31,612 nt of DNA. It comes from a virus (Duplodnaviria > Caudoviricetes). Position numbers and translations under genes: made by a program. Shown here one piece after another: positions 17,972 through 27,700 of the stretch (positions are counted from its first letter, which is position 1; every line of letters starts with the position of its first letter). Where the stretch lies: IMG/VR virus record IMGVR_UViG_3300011335_000564, positions 1 through 31,612 of that record; one strand, written 5' to 3'. Below the pieces are notes generated by a model. It saw only the letters and a program-made list of their open reading frames with translations, did no database searches and was not told the origin of the DNA.

Positions 17972-18589
17972 TTATTCACTTAACTGCATTTTAGCCCATA
18001 TACTCATTGACGCTTCATGCAGTGGACCCTCAATAGGATCGTCTTTGAAAATAGTAAGTAACTCACGAATTGCCTGGTCAGCACCAGCCATTAGGAGTCC
18101 TTTGCGATCCTTGTTGGAAGTGTAGGATTCTACTTGGCCAATTGTTGAGCGTAGCTCTTTTTGCATTGCAGCAATACGTGCCACACCTGCGTCACGCTTG
18201 ACAGCATAATTTTCAATGTCTTCACGCAACTTGCGAAGATCTTCTTGCATCTCCAGGATTTCATCTAGGAGTACTTTGCGGTGATCTGGTTTTGGATAAC
18301 GGTTATTCAGCCACGCTTCACATGAAGCTATGGAGCCTGAGTAACCAGAAAACCTTGCATAAAGATAGGACTCAATTAATGAGTAACAATCTTTTGCAAA
18401 GGCATGAAATGATTCTTGAGTTGGTGTGTCTTGATTGTCGACCCAGCGGTCAAACAACTCAATATCGATAAGCTCGTTGAGATTGTCCGTAGTCCCTTTC
18501 TTCGTCGCGCTGCTTAAACTCCTGGCCTTGCTCGGCCGAAGTCCTCTGCTCGGTTGCTCCTTTTCCGATTGTTTCACGTTCTTGAGCAC
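17972..18589 (-). CDS. Helical coiled-coil protein, terminase small subunit candidate
   Basis: Upstream of terL with a two-helix coiled-coil core. Start reassigned to GTG 18589, preceded by GGAGGAG (the track start at 18631 has no obvious SD). Confidence 0.5.
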   Translation of the reverse strand: MLKNVKQSEKEQPSRGLRPSKARSLSSATKKGTTDNLNELIDIELFDRWVDNQDTPTQESFHAFAKDCYSLIESYLYARFSGYSGSIASCEAWLNNRYPKPDHRKVLLDEILEMQEDLRKLREDIENYAVKRDAGVARIAAMQKELRSTIGQVESYTSNKDRKGLLMAGADQAIRELLTIFKDDPIEGPLHEASMSIWAKMQLSE

Positions 18590-18707
18590 CAGACTCCTCC
18601 ATTTTCTTTTTGGAAAACTCGTAAGCAACACCAGCAGCCTGGCGATACTTATCTAAATCAAACCAGTCGTCAGCATCTACCTGACCCTGGGGGACACTAC
18701 TGGTCAT
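18459..18707 (-). CDS. Hypothetical 82-aa protein (DDWFDLDKY motif)
   Basis: ATG overlaps the upstream TGA (ATGA) with GGAG-like coupling not required; charged helical sequence. Confidence 0.65.
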   Translation of the reverse strand: MTSSVPQGQVDADDWFDLDKYRQAAGVAYEFSKKKMEESGAQERETIGKGATEQRTSAEQGQEFKQRDEERDYGQSQRAYRY

Positions 18708-18865
18708 GATAACGCAGACAATGGAGGAGTGGGATCTTGTCGACCAGTTATTTTAGATTTTTTAACTTGTCGATCTTTTGATTCTTGAAGACGGGTAAGG
18801 AGTCCGGTAAAGCCATCTAGGCTAAAACCCTGGTCAATTCCTTTTTGTTCCTCTGGAATCACCAT
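18704..18865 (-). CDS. Hypothetical 53-aa protein, paralogue of the upstream neighbour
   Basis: Manual translation MVIPEEQKGIDQGFSLDGFTGLLTRLQESKDRQVKKSKITGRQDPTPPLSALS*. Starts 3 nt after the upstream stop and ends in an ATGA overlap. Confidence 0.6.
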   Translation of the reverse strand: MVIPEEQKGIDQGFSLDGFTGLLTRLQESKDRQVKKSKITGRQDPTPPLSALS

Positions 18866-18868
18866 CTA

Positions 18869-19036
18869 CTAGAAGTTGCTCATCATGCTACCAAGGCCGG
18901 TAGCAAAGATGTCACGACGACCCTCAAGGGATTTTTGACGTTGTTGACGACCTTTAGATGCCTCAAGGCGATTGAGGAGTTCTTCAAACTTATTAATATC
19001 AAAATAGTCGTCAGCAGGAGCAGTTCCGGTTCCCAT
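18869..19036 (-). CDS. Hypothetical 55-aa protein
   Basis: ATG 19036 is preferred over TTG 19060, which lies only 2 nt below the TATAAT box at 19063-19068. MGTGTAPADDYFDINKFEELLNRLEASKGRQ... Confidence 0.65.
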   Translation of the reverse strand: MGTGTAPADDYFDINKFEELLNRLEASKGRQQRQKSLEGRRDIFATGLGSMMSNF

Positions 19037-19079
19037 ATTATTAGGAAAATGTTTCTTCAATAATTATAACAACCCAAGC

Positions 19080-19955
19080 TTATCCCCAGAAACCAGAGAC
19101 AAGATTTGAGTACAGGCCACCAGCGGCACCAATTTTAGCCACTTGCTTACTGCCTTCATTCTTAAGGGATTGCGTTTCTTTATCGATCTCACCCTGAAGA
19201 TTGGTAAGTCCAGCACTGTACAGATACTGCCTGGTATCACGTACATTTTGTTGTTGTGCTTCCAGCTCTGCTGGAGTGCCCTCAAAACCTTCACCAAAGT
19301 CAGGGGTAGTGATCTTGGTACGATCAGCTAGATTGCCGCCGTAAGAAGGAAGAAGTTTGGAATCAAACTTAATTGTTCGCTTACCAGTCTTGTCTCCTTT
19401 CTCGTCGAGAGTCTGCTTGCCGAACATTGTGTCATAGTAATTATCTAAGTAACTTTGATTAAACTTCTTTTGATATTCCGGACTCTTAGTTAGAGAACCT
19501 TTAAAGTCCTCCATGGTCCCGTAATAGCCCCCTTGGAACCGCTCTTGCGCCTTGCTTACCTCTTCTTCTGTAGCACCACGGCCAAGAAGCTCTTCATAGG
19601 CCGCAGAGATCCCTGTAGCCCTCTTACCGGGCAGTGCTGCGGTGTACTGCTGAGTAAGTTCAGCAATGTCAGCTTCTGGAGGGGTGAGATCGTATTTAGC
19701 TGCATAATCACGTAATTGATTTGCAGCAGACTCATACCCAATTAAACCTTGGCCAAGTTGCTGTTGGGTAGTGGTTTTAAGACCTGAATAGCCAGCGGCG
19801 CCAGAAGCTTTACGTGCATCTGCTTCTGCCTTCCGCTCTAATCGCTCTGTTTCAACGCGACTCTCTAGTGTCTTTTCACGCTCTTGTTGATACTTTAGAT
19901 AATTTGCAAAAGTATCATCGGGCGGTGGTGGCTTGTAGCTTACTTTTGTGCCCAT
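19080..19955 (-). CDS. Putative internal virion protein (helical)
   Basis: 291 aa, coiled-coil rich, ending 'GAAGGLYSNLVSGFWG'. TAATG coupling with the upstream gene. Confidence 0.55.
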   Translation of the reverse strand: MGTKVSYKPPPPDDTFANYLKYQQEREKTLESRVETERLERKAEADARKASGAAGYSGLKTTTQQQLGQGLIGYESAANQLRDYAAKYDLTPPEADIAELTQQYTAALPGKRATGISAAYEELLGRGATEEEVSKAQERFQGGYYGTMEDFKGSLTKSPEYQKKFNQSYLDNYYDTMFGKQTLDEKGDKTGKRTIKFDSKLLPSYGGNLADRTKITTPDFGEGFEGTPAELEAQQQNVRDTRQYLYSAGLTNLQGEIDKETQSLKNEGSKQVAKIGAAGGLYSNLVSGFWG

Positions 19956-20446
19956 TAGTATGCACCCATACCTTCAAATAATCCGTATTTGCCAGCCAAA
20001 GCAGCACCTGAACCAATTGGTCCAAACATTGCGGCAAGCTTATTGTTTTCTGCAGTACCAAGCCTTTCTTTTTCTGCGTTTTTTTGCATAAGTAAATTAG
20101 CAAAACTTTGCTCTCGCGGTGACAAGGCTTCTGTGGTCCGCCTTGCTCTAGCTGCACTTTCTGCACCCTGTTCTAAATCAAAACCCGGGCCAAATTTATA
20201 TTTTGATGCGGCAAGTTGCCTAGTAATATCAGCCTCTGGAGCAAGAAAAATTTGATTTCTATCCGATGCTATTCTCTCTGCTAGACCACGATATTGTGCC
20301 TTTCTGCTTTCTTCTATGGCAGAATTTGCCATAGCGTTTTGAAACTTAAAAGCTTGAGCCTGGGCACCACCACTAAAAAGACTTTCGGCTAAGCCGCCAA
20401 GTGCACTAATGCCTGCTGCTGCTACTTCTGGAGCAATTACTACCAT
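19955..20446 (-). CDS. Putative pilot/ejection-like protein
   Basis: 163 aa. N-terminal 'VAAAGISALGGLAESLFSGGAQAQA' followed by an Ala/Gln helix is typical of small DNA-ejection proteins. Confidence 0.5.
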   Translation of the reverse strand: MVVIAPEVAAAGISALGGLAESLFSGGAQAQAFKFQNAMANSAIEESRKAQYRGLAERIASDRNQIFLAPEADITRQLAASKYKFGPGFDLEQGAESAARARRTTEALSPREQSFANLLMQKNAEKERLGTAENNKLAAMFGPIGSGAALAGKYGLFEGMGAY

Positions 20447-20492
20447 TGGAATTCTTTCCCAGCTCTTTTATGTTGTGCTTTTATTCTACTCA

Positions 20493-21128
20493 TTAGTAAT
20501 ACTGCTTAACTTGATAATTTGGAGATTGTGCTACTCCTTGTTGACCAAGTCCGGCTGCTGTAAGTGCGGATAACTGTTGACCAACATCGGACATTACTTG
20601 GCCACGCCTAGCAATTATGTTCTTGGGGATGTTGCCAAGATTTAAAATGCTTTGGTGTAGCAGATTTCGTTCGTCTCTTTTTTTATCGAATTCTTCTTTC
20701 CTCGCTATGAGTCTGTTTTGCATATCCTCCTGTAGTTGAGCGGCAACCCTTGCTTCTCTTTCTTTAAGTGAAGCTCTTAAGCTCTCAGCCCGCGGATCAA
20801 ATTTATTTAACTGTTGTGCTACGACTGCCATCGTGCCCATATCTCCTGTTATTTTTGTCAGGTCAACTGGTGGAGTAGATGGATACTCTGCTATTCCGGC
20901 TTTAATTTGAGCGTCAAGGGCAGCAATAGGATCTGATGTTGCCCCAAAGGGTGCATTTGTTGCGGAAGGTTGCGATCCAAGGATACCGCTATTGTTAAAA
21001 ATATTTAAGAAACGTGGATCACCATATTTAAAAGTAGGGAAATTACTTTTAGATGCTGCCGTAAAAAGATTATCACCACCAAAGGGGGTGACGGGGATGG
21101 GAAACGCTTGCGGAACTTTGGGTGCCAT
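20493..21128 (-). CDS. Hypothetical virion protein with coiled coil
   Basis: 211-aa ORF in the contiguous minus-strand operon. Confidence 0.6.
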   Translation of the reverse strand: MAPKVPQAFPIPVTPFGGDNLFTAASKSNFPTFKYGDPRFLNIFNNSGILGSQPSATNAPFGATSDPIAALDAQIKAGIAEYPSTPPVDLTKITGDMGTMAVVAQQLNKFDPRAESLRASLKEREARVAAQLQEDMQNRLIARKEEFDKKRDERNLLHQSILNLGNIPKNIIARRGQVMSDVGQQLSALTAAGLGQQGVAQSPNYQVKQYY

Positions 21129-21136
21129 GGTTTTAT

Positions 21137-22216
21137 TTATCCAAATTGAATTTGGGGCATTGGCAGAACCATCGAATTGTAAGGGCTGTTGGCTGCCAGC
21201 GTTCTAGAAAGCGCTCCTTGCTCAGCCATTCCTCTATCTAGTAATTGTACACCACCTGCCATACGCGCCAAACTTTGCATGTTTGCAGTTTGAAGATTCA
21301 ATAAAGTTTTCTGTATATTTGCTTCTTCACGTTGCATATTCAAAAGAAATGGGAATCTTGATTTCATTTGATTATTTTGAGCTTCATTGGTAATCTGTGC
21401 CAGCTCTCTTTGATAAGCAAGATCACTAGTTTGATTTAAAGCCCGCCTTCTATTTTCTTGTTCAAGGCTAAGGTTAAAATCTTTTTGCAGCTCTTCCCTT
21501 TGATAAGCAGCAGCAGACCTGCTTTTTGCACGTTCTCCAACATTAAGTGCGCCCAGGCCAAAAGGCAAGGGTATTTTAAGATCCTGAAGTCCCGTACCAA
21601 TCCCAAATAAACCGCCACCACCACCTGAAGCAACAGCGCCTGCAACAGCTTGTGGTGCTGAACCAGTTACTTGCTGCACTCCGCGAGCAGTTGCTTGTTG
21701 CGCTTGATATCCGACAGTAGCGGGAACAAGATAACGTAAGGCCATACCAGCCGCTTTTAATACCGGTGGTCCCGACATCATTCCAGCAGTAGCAGCGGTA
21801 GTCGCAATATTTGCTAGCTGGCCAGCACCAATGCCTATAGGTGCGCTAACGACTCCCGCTACAGGATCTTCCATGAATGTTCCAAGGGCTCCCAATGCAG
21901 CGCTGGACTTGCCCCCAGCGGCCTGTCTGTACCTACTTGGACTTGTTGGGGTATCTGCGGTTTTAAACACGCCACCAGGCTTAAGGGCTTCCTCTTTTAC
22001 TCTTTGTCCGAATCCGCCCATACTGTTCATAAATCGCTCAAACACATCAGCCGTCGTTGCGCCAGGGCGGATGGTTGTCGCACGTCCTCTCGAAAGTGCT
22101 TCTGGCGGTAATTCACCTGCAAGAACTTTTTTACGAATAGCGTCCAGGGTATCTGTTTCGCCGTAATAAGCACTTGGATCCTCGCCTGCTGCTCTTGCTA
22201 GCTCTTCCGGCGTCAT
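21137..22216 (-). CDS. Putative internal virion protein (Gly/Ala hydrophobic core plus coiled coil)
   Basis: 359 aa; TAGAAT box upstream. Confidence 0.55.
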   Translation of the reverse strand: MTPEELARAAGEDPSAYYGETDTLDAIRKKVLAGELPPEALSRGRATTIRPGATTADVFERFMNSMGGFGQRVKEEALKPGGVFKTADTPTSPSRYRQAAGGKSSAALGALGTFMEDPVAGVVSAPIGIGAGQLANIATTAATAGMMSGPPVLKAAGMALRYLVPATVGYQAQQATARGVQQVTGSAPQAVAGAVASGGGGGLFGIGTGLQDLKIPLPFGLGALNVGERAKSRSAAAYQREELQKDFNLSLEQENRRRALNQTSDLAYQRELAQITNEAQNNQMKSRFPFLLNMQREEANIQKTLLNLQTANMQSLARMAGGVQLLDRGMAEQGALSRTLAANSPYNSMVLPMPQIQFG

Positions 22217-22262
22217 TATTTACTAGTATCTTTTAATATTTAAATTCTACCAGAAGCAATAT

Positions 22263-23225
22263 TTATTGCATTGGTAATTTGCCTTCTGTATTACCAGCAG
22301 CAGAGATTGCCTGGTTAGTAAGTACACCCGCCATTGCGCCTGCAGCAGAACCAAGAGCACCGCCTGCTAACCCACGTAACACAGCAGGTGTACGTTTACC
22401 CATCACACGAGAAACACTTGTTTTTTCACCTGCAAGCAAACTAGGTTGAACAACTTGTTCGACAGTAGGAGAGGAAAGGATTCCCATACGCGCACCAGTG
22501 ATGCCTCCAGCTAATGCAGTAACAGAAGGTATGCTGACTGGGTAACCAAGAACACGAGCCTCTGGATCACCCTGAAGATTCTCTGGTGTGACTTTAACAA
22601 TACCCATGGTTGCTTTACCAATCGGACCAGGATCGTTATAAAGAAAATTCATATAGTTTGCATATCGTTGTTTGGTAAGATCAGGGATTTCTTCTCGGGC
22701 CTTGTCAAAGGCCAAAGGACGGCCTGTTCTGCCTTGAAAGAATCGTTGAAATAATTCAGTGCCAGGCTCTGTTGTTTTAGTTGGGTCTTCCGGATCAGGC
22801 GCGTTTTGCTTGTATCCAGTAGGCCTGCCAAGCTCGCTAATGTTTAATGGGTTATATGCACCGGTAAGGGCTACGGCAGGAGCAACAGCAGTCAACGCAA
22901 TCAATCCTTTTGCATAACCAAGTTGTTTATTTGGATCAACAACTTTACGCATTGATTGATCAGCCATCTCAAGTGGATGACTCATTTGCCAATACAATGA
23001 ACGTAACTCATCAGTAGTTAAATCAGCACCAAGTCTTGTTGCGTAAGCACCAAGAAAAGCCAATGGTGTTTCCGTGGTAATACCTACTTCTTTGATATCT
23101 TTACGAAATTCCGGATCGTAAAAAATATTACGCTTTGGGCGATATGCTTTACCTGCCCCTAAAGTTTTTAAAGATTGTGTGGCGGCTTCAACGCCACCAC
23201 CAAAACCACGATATTGTTGAAACAT
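22263..23225 (-). CDS. Putative internal virion/membrane-interacting protein
   Basis: 320 aa with several hydrophobic Ala/Gly helices, including a C-terminal glycine zipper 'GLAGGALGSAAGAMAGVL'. Confidence 0.55.
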   Translation of the reverse strand: MFQQYRGFGGGVEAATQSLKTLGAGKAYRPKRNIFYDPEFRKDIKEVGITTETPLAFLGAYATRLGADLTTDELRSLYWQMSHPLEMADQSMRKVVDPNKQLGYAKGLIALTAVAPAVALTGAYNPLNISELGRPTGYKQNAPDPEDPTKTTEPGTELFQRFFQGRTGRPLAFDKAREEIPDLTKQRYANYMNFLYNDPGPIGKATMGIVKVTPENLQGDPEARVLGYPVSIPSVTALAGGITGARMGILSSPTVEQVVQPSLLAGEKTSVSRVMGKRTPAVLRGLAGGALGSAAGAMAGVLTNQAISAAGNTEGKLPMQ

Positions 23226-23227
23226 GA

Positions 23228-23836
23228 TTATCCCATCCTTTGCTCTTGTAATTGAGCAAGTAGTTCAGGCGGAAGAGTCACGCCTGGATAATGAAATGCT
23301 CTTTGATCAACACCACCTGTTTGGAACAAGGTACCAGGGGATAAAGGCATGGCATTAGAAGACACATTGTTAAGCATCTCCCTCTGGCGTAATGCCTGTA
23401 AAACTTGTGCTGATTGGCTTTGATCGGTGGGTATTGTTTGTTGCGACCGGGTTGAAGTATTGGCTTCAAGTGCTTGAGGTGCTTTTGGTAATAAAGAACC
23501 ACCAGTAACGAAATCCGTTGCTAACGGAGACAATAAAGATGCTGCCATGTTAGCCCCTTGCTCCAGGCCCGATGGGGATAGGCGTTCAGTGACTTTTCCT
23601 GTTTTTACATTAGTAACCAATTCTTTTGTTGCAGGACTTAATCTACGCGCTACTCTCATGAGAGGATAATTTAAAAGAAAATCACCCACTCCATAACCAA
23701 GAGCGCCTGCTGGTCCCGCTGCTATACCACCGATGAGAGCATTAACAGCGGCACCGGGAAGAGCACTCTTGGCAACATCAGCAGAAGTCTTGCTTCCCAA
23801 TACGCCTAAAAGACCTCTCATCAAAGAAGCAGCCAT
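23228..23836 (-). CDS. Putative internal virion protein with glycine zipper
   Basis: 202 aa with 'GAAVNALIGGIAAGPAGALGYGVG'; SD AAAGGA. Confidence 0.55.
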   Translation of the reverse strand: MAASLMRGLLGVLGSKTSADVAKSALPGAAVNALIGGIAAGPAGALGYGVGDFLLNYPLMRVARRLSPATKELVTNVKTGKVTERLSPSGLEQGANMAASLLSPLATDFVTGGSLLPKAPQALEANTSTRSQQTIPTDQSQSAQVLQALRQREMLNNVSSNAMPLSPGTLFQTGGVDQRAFHYPGVTLPPELLAQLQEQRMG

Positions 23837-23875
23837 TGATATATCCTTTTAATTCATTTTACAAGTAACAACTTA

Positions 23876-24514
23876 TTAGGCTGTTTTACCAGGGGAAACA
23901 TTTAACTCCTCCTCTGAAATTGTTTTACTGCCCTCAGCCTCTTCTTTCCCTGCGTATAAATCTTTGCGTTGCAACAACTGAGCTACAGATACTTTATCCT
24001 CGGCCTCGTTCTCGACACGATTTTCTGCCATTGACATCAAGTAGCCATTTGGATCTGGGTTACGCATCCTTGGCATTGGATTCTTAGCGCGTTTGCCAGG
24101 ATTAACAGTAGGACTTACGTTGTAAGCATCAACCCACTCTTGGTTAAAGTCAGGTTGATTCTGTGGGCGATTACGAGTAAGTGCACGGCCTTCCTCAAAG
24201 CTGTAAGATACAGGTCTATCAAACCTACCTAGTCCCTCAAACAGTTCATAATCTTTGGGATCCAGTTGGTTCTCATCGTCAAAAAAAGGAGAATTACCCA
24301 CAAACCTAAGGCGTGGGTTAAGGGTTGTCTTCCTTGTTTGCAAGGCATTAGTTAGGTGCTCCGCTTTAAAACGTGACGGTGTCCAGGGGGGTGCACCTGT
24401 CGACGGCTTGGAAGCAAACAAGTCATTGAAGTTGAGTTGTCTAGCGACACGACCACCTTCGTTGAAAGGATTGGTTAGGTAACGACCAAGCTCAAGGCGA
24501 TCATCTCTTGCCAT
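23876..24514 (-). CDS. Hypothetical protein, 212 aa (Pro/Asn/Arg-rich)
   Basis: TAATG coupling with the upstream ORF. Confidence 0.6.
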   Translation of the reverse strand: MARDDRLELGRYLTNPFNEGGRVARQLNFNDLFASKPSTGAPPWTPSRFKAEHLTNALQTRKTTLNPRLRFVGNSPFFDDENQLDPKDYELFEGLGRFDRPVSYSFEEGRALTRNRPQNQPDFNQEWVDAYNVSPTVNPGKRAKNPMPRMRNPDPNGYLMSMAENRVENEAEDKVSVAQLLQRKDLYAGKEEAEGSKTISEEELNVSPGKTA

Positions 24515-24738
24515 TATTCTTCAGTCTTTTTCTTGTTATGCAATCCTACCAACGTTTGACGCAACCGCGCCTGCTTAACTGTTTTGTCATCGTACTTAGT
24601 GGGTTCGGCAAGAACATTTTCCTGTAGCTGAGCAGAGGTAATACCTTTGCGTTTTGCCTTGGCGGTGAACGCACCCTCCTTCATTTCAGCTTTTTGAATC
24701 CACTTATTTGGTTTTTTCTTTTTATCAGCCATGATCAA
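24514..24738 (-). CDS. Small basic phage protein (KWIQKA...GAF...ARLRQTL type)
   Basis: 74 aa, Lys-rich, ATGA-coupled to the large upstream ORF. Confidence 0.65.
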   Translation of the reverse strand: MIMADKKKKPNKWIQKAEMKEGAFTAKAKRKGITSAQLQENVLAEPTKYDDKTVKQARLRQTLVGLHNKKKTEE

Positions 24739-27700
24739 CGATTGCGACGTTTGCCTGCACGGCGACCTGCTTGTGCCATTAGTTGACCCATTGCATTTGA
24801 TATATCTTGATCATTGGCTTTAAAACCATATGCACCCGGTGGTTCTACGCTAGCACGTTGCGCTTGACGAGCAGCCAACTCAGCATCTATTTCTTTTGAT
24901 TGACTGTTTGTAATTAAATCTTCAATGTCACTACCAATGGTTTCATTGAAATCGTACTCAGCTACTGTTTGTGCAATCTCTTCGTAAGGTGAAAACCGAT
25001 CCATAGCAGACAAGGCTGTTCGACCTTGTGTCATTAACTTACCAGTATTTGCTTGTTGTACACGACCTTTGGAAACACTAGCTGCTTCACGTAAAAGCCC
25101 GTTTAAATCTGCACCTTCTTGTTGAGCAATAGCAGAAGCAAAAGCAAGAACATTTTGTTTTTGCATTGGCTTGCCGCTGCGTTGACGATAATCTAGTAAT
25201 GCAGCGCTTAAGCGTTTACCACCCGCTACCTCCGGAGAAATTGTTTCAGTAATAGTCCTTCCAGGTTCAAGTACACCTTGATACGTCTTAGCTCCTATTT
25301 CTGTGTCGGGATCATTAACAAGCCGCATTTTAACTTGTTGGCCAGGGAGCCCAATTTCTCTTCCCCCTCGGCCTGCTATTGGTATCGTACGTTGCGCAGG
25401 GCCTGAAACAGCCGCACCTAACCCGTAACGATCACCAAGATCTGTATCTAATGTTGTTGCGTTAACGCGCACACGTGAGGGTTCAGACGTTTGAACAAGA
25501 GTATTGGCAACTGTCAAGGCCTCGTTAAGGATTGGATTTTTACCTGGCCCGCCTGCAAACTCATAGCCGCCCTCTTTTCCTATACGAAGAGCGTCATCAA
25601 TTACCTTGATGCGGTGACCTGGGATAAGTTGTGAGAACGCATCCTGGACTCCCTGTAAGAATAAATAGTGATTTTTGGTTCCAGGAAGTTTGTTAGTTTC
25701 TGGATCACGTTGTAAAGACGACATTGGGAGTTGTGCGTCATTAAGACCAAGAAGCGGAGAACGCTTCTCGCCTGTTGCTTGATCTATATACTTACGTTCA
25801 TCTGGTACTTCGTAACGAGTTTGCAAGAAGTATTTTGCACCTTCTTTAACTACCCCAGTGGTGGGGTCTTCCTCTAATACAGTATGTTCTTGAATTAAAG
25901 GTGCTTTGCGTTGAGGTAAGCCACTTGCATCTTTAATAAAATTCCCACGTTCATCCGTTAAAACTGGATTTGTTAGCAAGTTACGCAATGCTTGTGACAA
26001 CGTTACGTCAGAAGTAACAGTATTGCCTGCGCTATCGCGACGTGTTACTTGATCAATAATAAGATTCGGGCTTAAGGTTCCTAATTTTACTTGTCGGTTT
26101 TTGGTATTTAAAACGGTAACGTCAAGGTTTTCAAACCGTCCCAAGGTATCGATTCTTTCTGTGGATGGCTCAAGTAATTTTTTATTGTAGTTATTTGTAA
26201 GGCGGTTGTACAAACTAACCGCCTCATCTGGATTTTGAAAATTCCGATTGGTTTGCGGGTTTTTAAATAAGGTGCCATAGTTAGGATCCACGTAACCTTC
26301 AAGACCTGGATTTGCAAGCAACATTAATTTATCAACTTTTAAATACGCATTTCCAGTATCGGTAAGTTTTACCTTTCCTGCATCCATAGCTTCGTATGTG
26401 TTGTTAAAGAGCGGACGTTCAGCAATCTCTGCAACTTCTCTTTCCTTTCCGCTGCCGTATTCTTTAACACCACCAATAGCGTAACCGACACCTTGGCCTT
26501 TGTACCGCGCTCCTTCTTCTGCGCCCGAGGCACTGCTACCAGGCAGCGTAACAAAAGGCTCTACTTCATCCCGTGGGACAAAACCAACTGCTTGACCAAT
26601 CTCAGCACCAATACCAGTTCCAGCTTCCCCTAAGGAAGATTGCGTTGCACCGATGTCAGACTTTCTGACAAGTGATCTTGTCTCTGGATCAAAATACAGA
26701 GGTTCTAAATCACTACGGTCATAACGAGCTGAAGCCCTGGGCCTTGAAACGGAAATATTTTGTTCACCTTTTGCATTGGTAACAGTGATAACTTCGGTTG
26801 GACTACTTTGGGTGCCGGTGTATCCAAAACCTTTTGTTTTAGGGAATTGAATCTCACCACCAGAAATCAAATAATCTTTAATACTGTTAGCGTTATCAGC
26901 AGCCAACAATTTTTTTCTAACGTGCTGGGTAGCAAGACGATGAACATCTGGATTGCCAATAAATACATCCGAAATGTTTCCTGTTGAAACCATGGAACTT
27001 GCCAATGCTTCGCTTAGTTCTCTTGGGAAAACATTTTCATCGCCAAGATTCTTTGCAATAATTTCAGGTTTCAATAAATTATTATCATCAAACAAGGCTT
27101 CGTTATATTCTTGAGTTATCCGAGCCGGAGGAGGAGTTTGCTTGCGTTGTTTTGCTTCTCTTAGTTTTTCTGCCGCCAGGGTGCCGACTAATTCTGGATC
27201 AACACTAGACGCTACCTGAAAATTAAAACCTTCCGGCAAAGGGGCGTCTTCAGTCGAAATATCAAGAGATTGCCTTGCTTCATTTAAAGCCTGTTGACGC
27301 AGTGCCTTGCGTTTGTTAAGTTGCGAAACAAGTGACTCAGATGCAGATACTCTTAATGCTGCCTCAGAAGGATCGGCAGCTGTTTTGGCTGCAGATGTGT
27401 AACCACCTTCCGTAACATTTTGCACATCTCTTTGAGAAAGTGAATCAATATTTTGAATGACTTGATCAAGGCCAGTGTCATTAGCTTCGTTCTGTTGACG
27501 AACTACACTGGGTAATTCTTTTTGCTGTACTTGAGTTAAATCTTCTGGTGCAGCCAAACTACCGACTGATTCCGCATAAGAGCGTGGAGAAAAAACAGGA
27601 CGTTGCAAATTCCCCTCCCTGGGAACCATGCGTCCATGGCGACGTACCATCCTGGTTTCCGGCTGAGAAGCAAGACCCGCCAAAATATTTTGAGCTTCTT

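Noticed and set aside
18600-18616. -1 slippery site (C AAA AAG) fusing the 82-aa ORF to the downstream ORF
   Set aside because: The downstream ORF is in the +1 frame, and an SD-led GTG explains it.
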